Source of the DNA: the human T2T-CHM13v2.0 reference genome, Homo sapiens
DNA: 64,000 nucleotides
Assembly (NCBI RefSeq): GCF_009914755.1
Contig: NC_060927.1
Direction: 5' to 3' (one strand)
Every line of letters begins with the position of its first letter. Position 1 is the stretch's first letter. Shown piece after piece: positions 1-13,978 of this stretch. The position numbers and the translations under genes were made by a program. The notes beneath the pieces were generated by a model. It saw nothing but the letters and a program-made list of their open reading frames with translations, made no database searches and was not told the DNA's origin.

Positions 1-3000
1 GTACAACAACTTTTCAAGACTCAGATCGTACAAAAGAAAATAGAAATAACAAAAGTTAAAAAGTAGAGAAAAGTTGTTAAAGTGTACAGTTTTTATTAGT
101 TTTCCATTTGCCTGTCTGTTAGTTGTTTATTTACGCAATCAGTGTTAAATTGTCATCAGGTTAAAACAATGGGTAATAAGATATTATTTGTAAGCCTCAT
201 GGTAGCCTCAAATCAAAAAACATAGAACAGACGCAGAAAAAATTAAAAGAAAGAAATTAAAACATACCACCAGAGAAAATTACCTTCACTAAAAGGAAGA
301 CAGGAAAAATGAAAGAAAGAAGAGAAAACTGAAAAACAACCAGAAAACAAATAACAAAATGGCAGGCATAAGTCCTTACTTATCAATAATAAAACTGAAT
401 GTAAAGGGACTAAACTTTCTAATCAAAAGACCTAGAGTAGCTGAGTGGATTTAAAAAAAAGACCCAATGATCTATCGCCAACAAAAAAAAACACAACCCA
501 CCTATAAAGACACACAGAGACTGAAAATAAATGGATATATAAAGATATTCCATGTCAATGGAAACAAAAAAGAGTAGCAGTTGTTATTCTTACATCAGAG
601 AAATGAGATTTCGAAGCAAAAACTATAAAAGAGACAAAGAAAGTCATAGTATATAATGATAAAGTGGTCAATTCAGCAAGAGAATATGATAGTTGTAAAT
701 ATATATGAACCCAACACTGGAGCACCCAGATATATAAAGCAACTATTATTAAAGCTAAAGAGAGAGATAGACCCCAATACAATAATAGCTAAAGACTTTA
801 ACACCCCACTTTCAGCATTGGACAGATCATCTAGACAGAAAATCAACAAAGAGACATCAGACTTTATCTGCACTATAAACCAACTGACCCTAATAGATAT
901 TTACAAAACATTTCATTCCATGGCTGCAGAATATACATTCCTCTTCTCAGCACGATAATTATTCTCAAGGATAGACCATATTTTGGGCCACAAAATAGTC
1001 TTTAAAAATTAAAAAAAATTTTGATATTGTATCAAGTAACTTCCCTGACCACAATGGAATGAAACTAGAAATCAATAACAAGAGGAATGGTGGAAACTAT
1101 AAAAATACATGGAAATTAAACAAAATGCTCCTGAATGACCAGTGGGTCAATGAAGAAATTAAGAAGAAAACTTAAAAGCTGGGCATGGTGGCTCATGTCT
1201 GTAATCCCAGCACTTTGGGAGGCCAAGGCCAGTGGATCACTTGAGCTCAGGAGTTCAAGACTAGCCTAGGCAACATAGTGAAACCTCATCTCTACAAAAA
1301 TACAAAAATCAGCCATGTGCCTGTAGTCCTAGCTACTCTAGAGGCTGAGGTGGAAGGATGTCTTGAGCCTGGGAGATGGAGGTTGCAGTGAACCGAACCA
1401 TAATAAAAAGCCTCCCATAAAAACAAAACAAAACAAAAAAAAGGCTGGGACCCAATGGCTTCACTGCTGAATTTTACTAAACATTTTTTAAAGAATTAAT
1501 ACCAATCCTACTGAAACTATTCTGAAAAATAGAGGAGGAAGGAATACTTCTAAACTCATTCTTTTAAGCCAGAATTACACAGATACTGAAACAAGACAGA
1601 CACAAAAGAAAAAGAAAATTGTGGGTCAAAATCCATAATAAAAACTGATGCAAAATCCTCAACAAAATACTAGCAAGCTGAATTCAACAACACATTAAAA
1701 AGATAATTCATCATGACCAAGTGGGATTTATCCCAGGGATGAAAGAATGGTTCAACATATGCAAATCAATTGATGTGATACATCATGTCAACAGAATGAA
1801 AAACCACACAATCATTTCAACTGATGCTAAAAAAAATTTGATACAATTCAACATTCCTTAGTGATACAAAGCTTTAAAAAAATTGAGTATAGAAGGGACA
1901 CACTTCAACAAAATAAAACACACATATGACAGACTCACAGCTAGTATCATACTGAAGGGGGAAAAACAGAAAGCCTTTCCTCTAAGATCTGGAACAGGAC
2001 AAGGATATCCACTTTCACCACAGCTATTCAACATAGTACTAGAAGGACTAACTAGAGCAATCAGACAAAAGAAAAAAATAAAGGGCATCCAAACTGGAAA
2101 AGAAAAAGTCAAATTATCCTTGTTTGCAGAGGTATGATCTTAGATATGGAAAATCCTAAGGACTTCACCAAAAAAAAAAAACTATTAGAACTGATAAACA
2201 TATTCAGTAAAGTTGCAGAATACAAAATCAACATACACAAGTCGGTAGCATTTCTATATGCCAACGGCAAATAATCTGAAAAAGAAATCAAGAAAGTGAT
2301 CCTGTGTACAATAACTACAATAAAATGAAACACCTAGGAATTAATTTAACAAAAAAAGTGAAAGATCTCTACAATGAAAATTGTAAAACATTGATGTTTC
2401 AATGTAAGAAATTGAAGAGGACAGAAAAAAATGAAATGATATTCCCTGTTCGTGGATTGGAAGAATCAATATTGTTAAAATGTCCATATTGCCCAAAGCA
2501 ATCTACAGATTTATTTCAATCCTCATGAAAATACCAATAACGGTCTTCACAGAAATAGAAAAAACAATTCTTAAAATTATATGGGACCATAAAAGACCCA
2601 GAAAAGCCAAAGCTATCATGGGCAAAGAGCAAACTTGCAGGAATCACATTACCTGACTTCAAATTATACTACAAAGCTTTAGTAGCCCAAACAGTGTGAT
2701 ACTGGCATACAAACAGAACAGAGAGAACAAGGGAACAGAATAGAGAATCCATAAATGAATCTACACATCTGCAAGTCAACTCACTCTCAACATGGGTGCC
2801 AAGAACATACACTGGGGAAAAGATGGTCTCTTCAGTAAATAGTGCTGGGGAAACTGGATATCCCTAATTAGAAGAATGAAACGAGACCCTCTCTCTTGCC
2901 AAATACAAAAATTAAATCAAGATAGATTAAAGACTTAAATCTGAGCCTCAAACTATGAAAATACTGCAAGAATACGTTGGAGAAATTCTCCAGGACATTG

Positions 3001-4215
3001 GACTGGGTAAAGATTTCTTGAGTAATACCCCACAAGCACAGGTAACCAAAGCAAGAGTGGACAAATGGGATCACATCAATTTAAAAATCTTCTGCACAGC
3101 ACAGGATACAATCAGCAAAGAGAAGAGAGAATCCACAGAATTTGAGAAGATATTTGCAAACTACCCATCTGACAGCGTATTAATAACCAAAATATATAAG
3201 GAACTCACACAACTCTAGTAGAAAAAAAATCTAATAATTCAATAACAATGGGCAAAAGATATGAATAGACCATTCTCAAAAGAAGACATACAAATGGCAA
3301 ACAGATATATGAAAATGTGCTCGGCATCATTGATCATCAGAGAAATACAAATCAAAACTACAATGAGATATCATCTCACCCAGTTCAAATGGTTTTTATC
3401 CAAAGACAGCCAATCACAAATGCTGGTGAGGATGTGCAGAAAAGGGAACCTTCCTACACTGTTGGCAGGAATGTAAATTAATACAGCCACTATGGATAAG
3501 AGTTTGGAGGTTTCTCAAAATCTAAAAATATAATTACCGTATGATCCAGCAATCCCATTGCTATGTATTTACCCAAAAGAAAGCAAATCAGTATATCAAC
3601 GAGAAATCTGAACTCCCATGTTTATTGCAGCACTATTCACAACAACCAATATTTGAAATCAAGCTGAGTGTCAATCAATAGATGAACTGATAAAGAAAAT
3701 GTGATACAAATACACCATGAAGTACTATTCAGCTATAAAAAAAAGGAAATCCTGTTATTTGCCACAAGGTGGTTGGAACTTGAGGTCGTTATGTTAAGTG
3801 AAATAATTCAGGCACAGAGAGACAAATTTCACTTGTTCTCACTTAGTTGTGGGAGCTAAACTTGGATATAATTGAACTTATGGAGACAGAGAGTAAAAGG
3901 ACGGTTAACAGAGTCTGAGAAGGGTAGTGAGTGGGGTGGGGAATGGGGATGCTTAATCAATACAAAAATACAATTAGAATGATTAAGATCTGGTATTTCA
4001 TAGTACAACAGAATGACTACAATCAACAATAATTTATTAAACAGTTAAAAATAACTTAGAGTATAATTCGATTGTTTGTAACACAAAGAAAGAATAAAAG
4101 TGATGGATATCACATTTACACTGATGTGATTATTATGCATATGACTTTATCAAAAGATCTCATATGCCCCATAAGTATATACCTACAAAAATTAAACATA
4201 AATAAAATAAAAATT
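1..4215 (+). mobile_element. LINE-1, L1MA1-4-like (inter-ORF spacer, decayed ORF2, 3' UTR); continues off the left edge
   Basis: ORF2-like start ATGGCAGGCATAAGTCC at 359. Endonuclease peptide in ORF 656-958 (NIYEPNTGAPRYIKQ), RT peptide in 1883-2137 ([15 protein letters not shown]), C-terminal pieces at 2955-3476. L1MA-type 3' UTR and A-rich end near 4215. Many stops and frameshifts. Confidence 0.9.
1177..1396 (+). mobile_element. AluJ-like SINE, 3'-truncated, inside L1 ORF2
   Basis: GCTGGGCATGGTGGCTCATGTCTGTAATCCCAGC start, left arm and linker present. Right arm stops at GCAGTGAACCGA with no tail or TSD. Confidence 0.9.
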
Positions 4216-5619
4216 ACATATGTGACTAGCATCAGTTTTCTTTTATATAGTACTGAAGTAAACATTTCCACAATAGCTACATATTTTAGACATCTTTACA
4301 GATTTAGAAATTCTATAAACTCAGAGTCAACCTCAAAATGAGATAGTATAGATATTTAGGACATTTAGCAAATGCTGTTAAACAAATGAGCTCATGTATA
4401 ATACATAAGTATGTTCTAGATCAGAGTGTATATGTGGGTATTTTCACATATATTAAAACCACTAAAGTAACTTTTTTCTCTGTGACATTCCAGTCTTTTT
4501 CAATTTTAAATTCTAATCATCTTTGAAATTTTGGTATAAATATTGACTTTTTAATCTCTTATTTTGCTTCTTTGGATATGGCATTATTTTTCTCTTTTCT
4601 GGGCTAAACAAACCTCCACTGGATTAGAATAATAAATCTGAGAGAATAAAGAATGGTTTTGTTCATCTTGGCAAATACTTTGCATTGATCTAATAATGTT
4701 CTCTGTTGCATATATGGCAAGAGAATAAATTGAATACTAACACAAATCAATGAAATAAATCTATTCACTGAATACTAGAAATATTAGGAGATATAAATTT
4801 AAGCAAGTCCCTTTATATTCGGAGCTTTTGAACCTCAATCAGTTGGAATATATCTTAAGTTATATTTCATAATTACCTAAAGCTCATTAAAATCAGCCTA
4901 AGTTATTCTTGCTGCTGAGTAAATTGTTTTTGTTTTACATAATTAGGTGAAGTACCAAAAAGCCTTCCATATTTTACAATAATGTAAAACTATGTAATTT
5001 TTAGTGTGGATCATAAAGAATAAATAAAATAGTATCAGAGAAGAAATAATAAATTGCAGTTGCAATCAAATCATAGTTTTAACCTTGAACAAATGAGAGG
5101 TGCATTTGAAAGTCATTTCCATGGCAGCCCATTTGTCGATTAAATTTATCTCATCATGAAAATATAGAGCCACAATTATCATTATTCATGTAATGTATGG
5201 GAATTCATTCCAAGTGTCACTTCTGTCTCTGTCTCCTATCTGCATTTATTCCAAATGCATTTAAAGGACAATTGTTCCAAAAGGATAACTTAAAAATCAG
5301 CTTCAAGTTCTAATTTTATTTGGAAAATCAGATATGAATCCCAATGTCTTTGTCCACAAAATAAGTCCAGCAAAGATGACTTCACCACATTTAAAGTGTC
5401 TAACTCTTAATTGAAATTATTATAAGTTTTTGTTCTATTGAACACAAAAAAGCCTTTCATTTACATTAAAGGTGTTAAATATTTTCACTTGCCTCTGTTA
5501 TAGCCACCCGTATCCACTACAAAGCAAACTGTCCACAGACCAAAAGAAGATTTTTGAATTGCCAGAGAGTTTTGCTTCTGTTTTTTAATTTGTTTTCATT
5601 AGGAAAGCAAGCAATAAAT

Positions 5620-6030
5620 TAAAACTTTTACACCAGGTCCAGTGAATAGTAAGTAAGAAATAAAAGTGCATTGGTAAAATGAGACCTCATATACTGAGGA
5701 TAAAAGGCCAGTGGATGAATGTTGGTTATCATGGTTTTAAAGGAATGGCAGAAAGACAGGGGAACATACAGGAAGGTAAGAAAAAAAAGCGGCCTAAAGA
5801 GTAGAAAGAAGTCCAGAGAAAAAAGGCCGTGTCACAGACAACCAAAAAGCATAGCAGCATAACTTTGGGTTGCATATCACAAAGCCATCAAGTAAGATAA
5901 GGACTTAAAAGAGTCTACTAGATACAGAAATTTGAAGATATATAGTGACATTCTATTGGCTGAAAGAAAATTTTGTTGGAAATGCAAAAGAAGGAAGCCA
6001 GATTATGATTAGTAGATACAGACACTTGAA
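5620..6030 (-). mobile_element. Degraded L2 fragment
   Basis: Purine-rich segment resembling the reverse complement of the L2 3' region; recognised by eye, limits uncertain. Confidence 0.35.
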
Positions 6031-6764
6031 AGCTTTCAGAAGAATATTCATCTATACCATGTGTATTTATATAAGGTTTATTATGTTAATTTCCAAAATT
6101 ACAGCGGCCAAAAAATATAATTATTGGCCTTATTTTTCGACCTGCTTCTATCCCATTTTTCTTGCAGAAACTCTTTCTGAAAAAAAAATCATTGAGCTAG
6201 CAACGTCTCAATATATTATGATATGTTTTAGACTCTCTCCCTCTTCCTTTCACTAACCTCCCCCATATAAGAGAGCCATGAGGAATTAGGCATGGAAGAG
6301 TTAAGGGATATGTGTCACTTAGTGGAAATCTCTATTTTCTAAGGGCAATGTAGGTTTTGAATAGCTTTATGAAAACTCAGTAACAGGCTTCTATCAGTTA
6401 TGAAAAGTTTTGTAATACCGAATAATTGAAATTGGAAATATCTATTTGGAACTCATTATGTTTTAAAATATATTTTGTTTTATCCACCAGAGGAATCTGG
6501 AAACAAAGGCATCAATAGCAACAAGCACATCTATAGACAGACCTTGGTTTCTAAACACCATTCTCTGTGCAAAGGAACCAAAAATTATCGAAGACCTTAT
6601 GTCTGCTCTGGCAACATTCAGGTGATACTGGGACATCTTATTTTGCCAGAAAGAAAAGGAATATCCAAGACTAATTGCAATGTATCAAGGGGACACAGAA
6701 GCCAGCTTGAATGGGTTTCTTTTGTGAACATTTTGAGAGTTGAAAATCAAAAACTTATGGACTC

Positions 6765-7193
<429 letters not shown>

Positions 7194-7308
7194 TTACTCT
7201 GAAAATTTGATAATTAAAGTAAAATTATCTACCTGCTCTTTATATACAGAAATGAGTTTCTTGTTTGATGAAGAAAATCTCTTTATAGAAGAATGCCAGC
7301 AAATATAT

Positions 7309-8018
7309 TGTATTAGTCTATTCCTGCACTGCTCTAAAGAAATACCTGAGACACACTTCGGGAGACTGAGGCGGGCAGATCACAAGGTCAGGAGATTGAG
7401 ACCATCCTGGCTAACATGGTGAAGCTCCATCTCTACTGAAAAAAGGTACAAAAAATTAGCCGGGCGTGGTGGCGGGCTCCTGTAGTCCCAGCTACTCAGG
7501 AGGCTGAGGCAGGAGAACAGTGTGAACCCAGGAGGCAGAGCTTGCAGTGAGCCGAGATCGCGCTACTGCACTCCAGCCTGGGCGACAGAGTGAGACTCCA
7601 TCTCAAAAAAAAAAAAAAGAAAAGAAAAAGAAATACCTGAGACTGAGTAACTTATAAAGAAAAGAGGCTTCATTGGCTCATGGTTCTGCAGGTTGTACAA
7701 GAAGCATAGCAGCATTTACTTCTGGGGAGGCCTCAGGAAGCTTCCAATTATGGTGGAAGACAAAAGGGGAGCAGCACTTCACATGGCCAGAGAAGGAGCA
7801 AGAGAGAGTGAAGAGGCAGGTGCTGCACACTTTTAAACAACCCCATCGCATGAAAACTCACTCACTATCACGAGAACAGCACCAAGCAGGAATGGCACTA
7901 AACCATTCATGAGAAATCCACCCCCATGATCAAATCACCTACCAGCAAGCCCCACCTCCAACACTGGGGATTACAATACAACATGAGATCTGGGGGGACA
8001 CAGATCCAAACCATATCA
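7309..8018 (-). mobile_element. MSTA-like MaLR solo LTR, split by an Alu
   Basis: Ends TGTATTAGTC... and ...GATCCAAACCATATCA (reverse complement of TGATATGGTTTGGATC); 5-bp TSD TATAT at 7304-7308 and 8019-8023. Confidence 0.9.
7353..7626 (+). mobile_element. AluY-like SINE, 5'-truncated by about 30 nt
   Basis: Diagnostic GAGACCATCCTGGCTAAC and GAGCTTGCAGTGAGCCGAGATCGCG; exact 17-bp TSD AAAGAAATACCTGAGAC at 7336-7352 and 7627-7643. Confidence 0.93.
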
Positions 8019-8904
8019 TATATATTATACGTAATGTTACAATTTGAAAAAAATCACAATTTGCAGTTGTAAAGTAATTGATTGAGGCAAGGATCATCAA
8101 TTGCTACAACTATTAGGAACAAAAAGTTTCTGGAGAAAGAATCCAAAATGCACAATGCAAAAAATCATCCCTCTTTCCACACAATGCATACACATTTATA
8201 AACCTCTGGAGTGTGTGTGTGTGTGTGTAAGTGTGTATGTGTATCTTTACAATGGAAATATAGGTTCACATAATCCCCTTAGAGGTGTGACCAAATTTAG
8301 CACAACTAGTAGTCTTGACAAATGTGTTTAAGCCAAACATATTTAAGGCATTAGACCTAATTTTGAGTTTACTAAAAATAAAGGTACTACAAAAATATTA
8401 TTACATGATGCAGAAACAATTAGACATATCTGAAATGTGAAATACTCAACAAAAATACTAATCTTGTCATTTAGAAGAGTCTATTTCATGACAAAAAGAT
8501 GTGAAGGAATTCTTTCTGATTATAAGATATGTAATAACCGAGTGCAATATTTGAACCTTGACTATATTGTGATTTGAAGAAAGAAAAGGTAATAAAATAC
8601 GTTATTATTTTATGTTAATAAATTTGAGATAATTGGAGAAGACAAGATGGTCTTACTAAAGTTTTATTGGATAATATCATAAATATTATTTATGGTATTA
8701 AATACTATTGAGAAAATACTTTTCTTAGACATGACACTGATATTATAATTAATGTGGTGGAATACCCTGTTTGAAGCACTTAGGGATGAACTATCCTAAT
8801 GTTTCTAATAAGCTTTTTATATTGGAAATGTTTTTCAATTGAAACATTTTATAATAAAGCTGGGGAAATAATTTTTAAATAACTGCTGAAAATTCTTAAA
8901 TGTA

Positions 8905-9330
8905 TATGCCCAGTCCAAACTACTCTCTCTACTTCAGATGCACATTGTCAACTGTCCTTTCAAAGTCTCAACTTAGATAGTGAATAACATTTCCAACTTT
9001 CCATGGACAAACATGAACTCCTGATCTTTCATTCCAAAAGATGTCTACCTGCAGTATTCCACATCTTATATATTTCATTCCAGTTCCTCATACTAAAATC
9101 TTAGAAAACACCCTTAACATTATGATTCTGAAACTCTGTTTCCAATATGTCAGGAAATCCTGTTAACCCTAAAGTCAAAATGTATTCAGAATCTCGTTAT
9201 GTCTACTGTTACCACTCTTGCCCAACCCATTGTCTCAAACTCTTACTCAAATTCCTGGAATAGCCTCCCAATTACCTCATTTCCATCCTTGCCAACTTAG
9301 AGTCTATTCTTAACCCAACATCCGGAGACA
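8905..9330 (+). mobile_element. L2 fragment
   Basis: Resembles L2 3' ORF region (CATGGACAAACATGAACTCCTGATCTT ... AATAGCCTCC ... AGTCTATTCT). Confidence 0.6.
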
Positions 9331-11379
9331 TCCATGTCATGGTTCAGTGGTCCAGGGCTGGCAGGGAAGTTCTGCCAGGTAAAACATAAGACTTCACAGT
9401 AGTTACATTTGTTGCCATTTCATAGCCAACAAAGGAGAGAAAGGCCAGCAAAAGTATCTTTTATGAAATGACCTAATAATTTAATGCATCAATTCTTCTC
9501 CTATACCATTGGTTAAAATTGGTCACATGGTGACAACTAGCTATAGAAGCGACAAGGAGACACTTATGTTGTTGGATGATAATGAGTTTAGCTAAATATC
9601 AAAGTATCTGTTTCTAAAAGAAAGCATGGAAAACTATAAACTAGGAGCAGTTAGAATAACCCTCAGTTCACCACTCTGGCCATGTAAGCATCCATGCAGT
9701 TACTGCATCCAGCCCCCAATCCAGGATTTTGTGATGTGCAATCTTCTTTATCATATCTGAATTTGGCTCTTCAAAACCAGGCAATCTATTGCCTACGTGG
9801 TAGGATATCTTCTTTCTTACTCTTTGCTTCCAGTCAGTACAAGTAAAAGGGGGCACATCTAAACATCTCAACAGTTCAAAATCATTAAAACAGCAATATT
9901 TCTCCTCATGAAGCCAATTAAAACAATAGAAAGAGAATGGATGTTCTTGATCTGACTTTACATCTGGGTAACTTTAAGCAATCATCTTATCTCTTGCTGT
10001 TTGAAACACAGACAGCATTAGACTTTTTAACTTTGAAAGGTTCAAAATGTCTAGATATTCCATCACTTTAACTTCCTAGACACAAACAATCCTCCCTTAC
10101 CGGCACTCTTCTGAAATCCATAACCATGTCAAACCCAGCCAGTTTTTGTGTCAGTTTCCTTTCTGTAGCCACTTACTAAACATACGAGGAGCAGCCAGCA
10201 TGCAGAATCATTCTGAATTTTGTCAACTAACTTCCTCAGAGCTAGAATCTCAGGAGGACACGATCTGCCTTCCACACTAGGTCAACAACAGTTTTACCAA
10301 ACATTTTGCCACAGCATAATTATGTTCTCCAGTTTCCCGACTCACAATATTTGTGAAGTTTCCATATGCAACTTTACCCATGTTACACATAATCACTGTT
10401 TTCATAATAGCAACCTACTTCCAGGAATCATATTTTATTTTCAGGAAATGGTTAACAATTTGAGATCCAAGATAAATATCCATCCACCCCCTGAAAAAAA
10501 AATAGTTTTTTTTTTTAAATAAGAAAAGCATTTTTGTCTCTACTATAATAGTTTAGAAGTGAGCAATCCAAGACTGGTTGAGAGGTTTTTGATTATACTG
10601 TAAGTCATTACCATTATCCAGCTAGCAGAGAGAAGTAAGGAGTCTACAATGCCCATAAGTTGTACACATAGTTACTTACACTTACCTAGTACTGATACAG
10701 ATTTAGTCTCATGGGCACACATGATGCAATTATACAACAACAGTAAAAATATCGGCAGAAGGGTGTTCACATACTCACCTAAAACGCTTGATTTCCATTA
10801 TCAAAAGATGAGAGGGAAACAGTTAATTGATCTTTATTCCAATTAATTTTGTGCCCATTACTCTACTAGACAATAGAGCTATAATAGACAAAAATTGAGC
10901 AAGATGTAGTTCCTACTGCTATGGAGTTACTGAACTTCAGGGGAGGCTGTGTATAACTTCAAGGCTGCCCAGGGGAGTACCTCTATATTTTAATAATTGA
11001 ATGAAACATTAGCTTTTAGGTAAAGTCATTGTCAGTCTTTTAAAAGAAAGATGGATTAAAGATGCATTCCTGCTAATAAGGGGAGAAGTTGGCTTTGGGC
11101 AAAAAATGGAGAGAAACAAAAGATTGCTGGAAAAGAGGCAAAGGAGCATAGAAAAGAAGAAACATTTGATTGAGGACAAATTAATAAGTGAACAGACATA
11201 CCTTCACACCTAGAAGAAAGAAATAATTACAAAGGTGCAGTGGACATAGGGTGAATTTATGTCCAGGTATCAAGGAAAGATAAATTGAAATGAGAGTGCT
11301 ACTGGATATTTTGTTATTAGGCTGAACTGGCTTTGCCTTTTGCAGTAGATTCTTTGTCGTCCCATCCAGATCTTTTCTT

Positions 11380-11784
11380 CAGAATCCAGGCATACAATAC
11401 TACAGCTGTTGAGAAAGTTGATTTCTGGTGGCTCCCAGGTGTGTCCCCTTCCAGACCTTCCCCCCCAAGGGTGCTGCCTCAATTAAATTTACAAGCCCTG
11501 TTTAGGGGCTTTGAATAACTCTGGGATGCCATAAGACAAAGGCCAGACTCCTTGACAAAGTTTGAGTCTAAAGAGCCACCCTCGCTCCAGAGATTACCCC
11601 CGCACACTGAGAGTGGGAGGAGACCTCCACTTTAATTACATTGCTATTTAAATTATCCCTTTGACCGATCAGTCCTGCTTGTCCCAATCCCTTGGAGTTG
11701 TTGTTCCTGAATACACCCTCCCATGAGCTTCCTGTACATAAATCTCAGTTTAGATTCTGTTTCCATGGAACTTGACCTAAAACA
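11380..11784 (+). mobile_element. ERVL-class solo LTR (LTR16-like)
   Basis: 3' end CTGTACATAAATCTCAGTTTAGATTCTGTTTCCATGGAACTTGACCTAAAACA resembles the LTR16-family terminus; 5' limit uncertain. Confidence 0.5.
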
Positions 11785-11890
11785 ACTTTGAGCTTCCCAT
11801 CAGTCACTGAGCTGATGTAGGATAACTCATAACCTAGGAACTGAGCTCTATCTACCTCAATCTGAAAACAAGAAGCTCTTTCACACATTC

Positions 11891-11971
11891 TGTAGTCCTA
11901 AAAATGATTAAGCTTTCAGGTGACAGTGCAGTAATATCTTCCCATTAGGATCTCACATTATTTTATAGCTT
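11891..11971 (+). repeat. 81-bp direct repeat, copy 1
   Basis: TGTAGTCCTAAAAATG...TTTTATAGCTT; 77/81 identical to 13065-13145. Confidence 0.95.
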
Positions 11972-12479
11972 AATACATTTTCAAGGCCATAGTAACCACC
12001 AAATTGGGATCTGGCAATAACTGCGTGTCTTCGTCGGGTTGCAAGGAGTTGCGGAATTCTAGTATGTTACATTTACAACATACCACGGCAATCATCTAAA
12101 TTATACCCATGACAGACGAAGACCCTCAGTTCACTTGTGTGATAACTTAGTACACATCACTTACTGGCTTAGCTTTTCTCTCTCTGCTGTCTTCTGAAAG
12201 TCAGGGATAATGTCTAAGTCGTTGTCTTAGTCCCAGTTTCTATTCAGTACTTTCATGTAATATTTTCTTAAAAAATGTTTGTTCGTGGAACTTAGAAATC
12301 TGAAGGGAGAGAACTAAAGTAAATAAATAAAAATTGGTGAGCCATTCTAGATTCTAGTTATCTCCCATATTTGATTAGTGATTCGCATTTTAAATCCTAA
12401 GGCCTACATGCCCTTGTAATTTGTATGCACCTCTTCCTTTACATTATTACTGCTTTGGCAAAGATGTTCATCATTTTGC

Positions 12480-12900
12480 AATAAAAATATTAAAATAGCC
12501 TCCTGAGGGTTCTTCCTGACATCACTGTTTTTTAAATTCAATTTGCTTCATCCATCTTTCACAATGTGGCTAGAGAGATCATTCTAAAATAAGTAAATAA
12601 ATGAGCAAAGAAGTAAATAAGAAGGTGTAATGGCCCCACTTTATGTGCTTACTATAGGAAGGCCAAGCTTCTTGTTTAATCATTAAGTCCCTAAATACAG
12701 TGAGCTCTGCTTGCATCTCCACCATGCCCTCTGTCATGCCCTCTCTTGCACCTGTATCAGAGTCATGCCAACTACCTTCAGCTCAAATGTACCTTCCCTT
12801 TTTCTTAGAATTCCCCTCCTTTTCTTTTTCTTTTTTATTTGCTTAATTCCTATTTATCCTGAAACTAAATTATCATCTATTTTAAGGGGTATTTTCTGAT
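12480..12900 (+). mobile_element. Degraded L2 fragment
   Basis: AATAGCCTCCTGAGGGTTCTTCCTG ... GCTAGAGAGATCATTCTAAAAT resembles L2. Confidence 0.45.
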
Positions 12901-13064
12901 TTTTTTTTTCTCTTGACATACAGAATTTTTAAAATGTCTTTCATAATACTGTAGCTTCTTGAAAGATTAAATCATGTGTTTCATAGTTCAATAGTGAGCA
13001 ATAATCTCAAATTTGGAAAGCAGAAAAATACAGATAAGAGTAAACCTTTCTGTTTACTCTTTCA

Positions 13065-13145
13065 TGTAGTCCTAAAAATGCATAAGCTTTCAGGTGACAG
13101 TGCAGTAATATTTTCCCATTAGGATCTCGCATTATTTTATAGCTT
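13065..13145 (+). repeat. 81-bp direct repeat, copy 2
   Basis: Ungapped match to 11891-11971 with 4 mismatches. Confidence 0.95.
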
Positions 13146-13340
13146 TCAGGTAAAAGTACCTTTGTTTATTTGAAGGCTGAGGAAGAGGGTGGGGGTTATG
13201 AATGTTGAAAGAACCCAAGAGGGAACTCAGAAATTTTAGAACGAAATGTAAACTCATACAAAACAGGTAAATGTGCTTGATGTAGTACAGATATTATGGG
13301 CTTCAAATTAGTTTTTGACCTCCCTCTATTTATACACATG

Positions 13341-13978
13341 TAGTCAGTTCTCATTATTCCCAGTAGTTCTGTTCTACAAAGTTGCAGCAAACACTGAATT
13401 AGTAAATATTAAACCATTGCTCCTAGGGAAAATATGGAGTTAAGTTTTTGTGAGCCTCTGGTCACAGCATTTTTGTTAATAAACACATAACCTTGTTTTA
13501 TATTTGTTTCTGTTCGAAGACACCTTATTTAGTATATATTGCTGATTCAATAATGTTGAACTCATGGTTAACAGCAGTATAACTCATGCTTGAATTAAGC
13601 TTATCTAACACGTTTGTTCTTCGTAGGGTACATCACATCCTTCTCGCCCTTAGGAACACTAGACAATACTTCAGCGCTACACTCAGGAGCCAGTGAAAAC
13701 ATGAAGAAAAAGAACAAAAATGAGAAATACGTGGTACTGAATAGACCACAGAAAGTACACTTGTTTACAGTATGAGAGCTGAAACAAGAAGGTAGAGTAT
13801 CCTCTTGTTCACTCTCAGCTAGTTACCTGTACCTGGGGTGACTCGACATTTTGGTGTTCTGTACATGTCCATAAATGACTGGGAAAGTGGCACAAATATT
13901 GACTTGGGGGTTACAAATAAATATTAGCAAGTAGACAATTTTGCAAATATGGAATCCAGGAATAATGAGGAATGACTA
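13341..13978 (-). mobile_element. MER82-like TcMar-Tigger non-autonomous DNA transposon
   Basis: Terminal inverted repeats TAGTCAGTTCTCATTATTCC / GGAATAATGAGGAATGACTA, TA on the right flank, about 640 bp; internal TTTACAGTATGAGAGCTGAAACAAGAAGG. Confidence 0.8.

Noticed and set aside
1-1170. Apparent segmental duplication with 48535-49695
   Set aside because: The similarity is confined to L1 sequence and highly diverged, consistent with two independent insertions of related L1MA subfamilies.
9336-10860. Possible MLT1-type LTR fragments near 9340-9660 and 10560-10860
   Set aside because: The resemblance is too weak to set boundaries or a family by eye.
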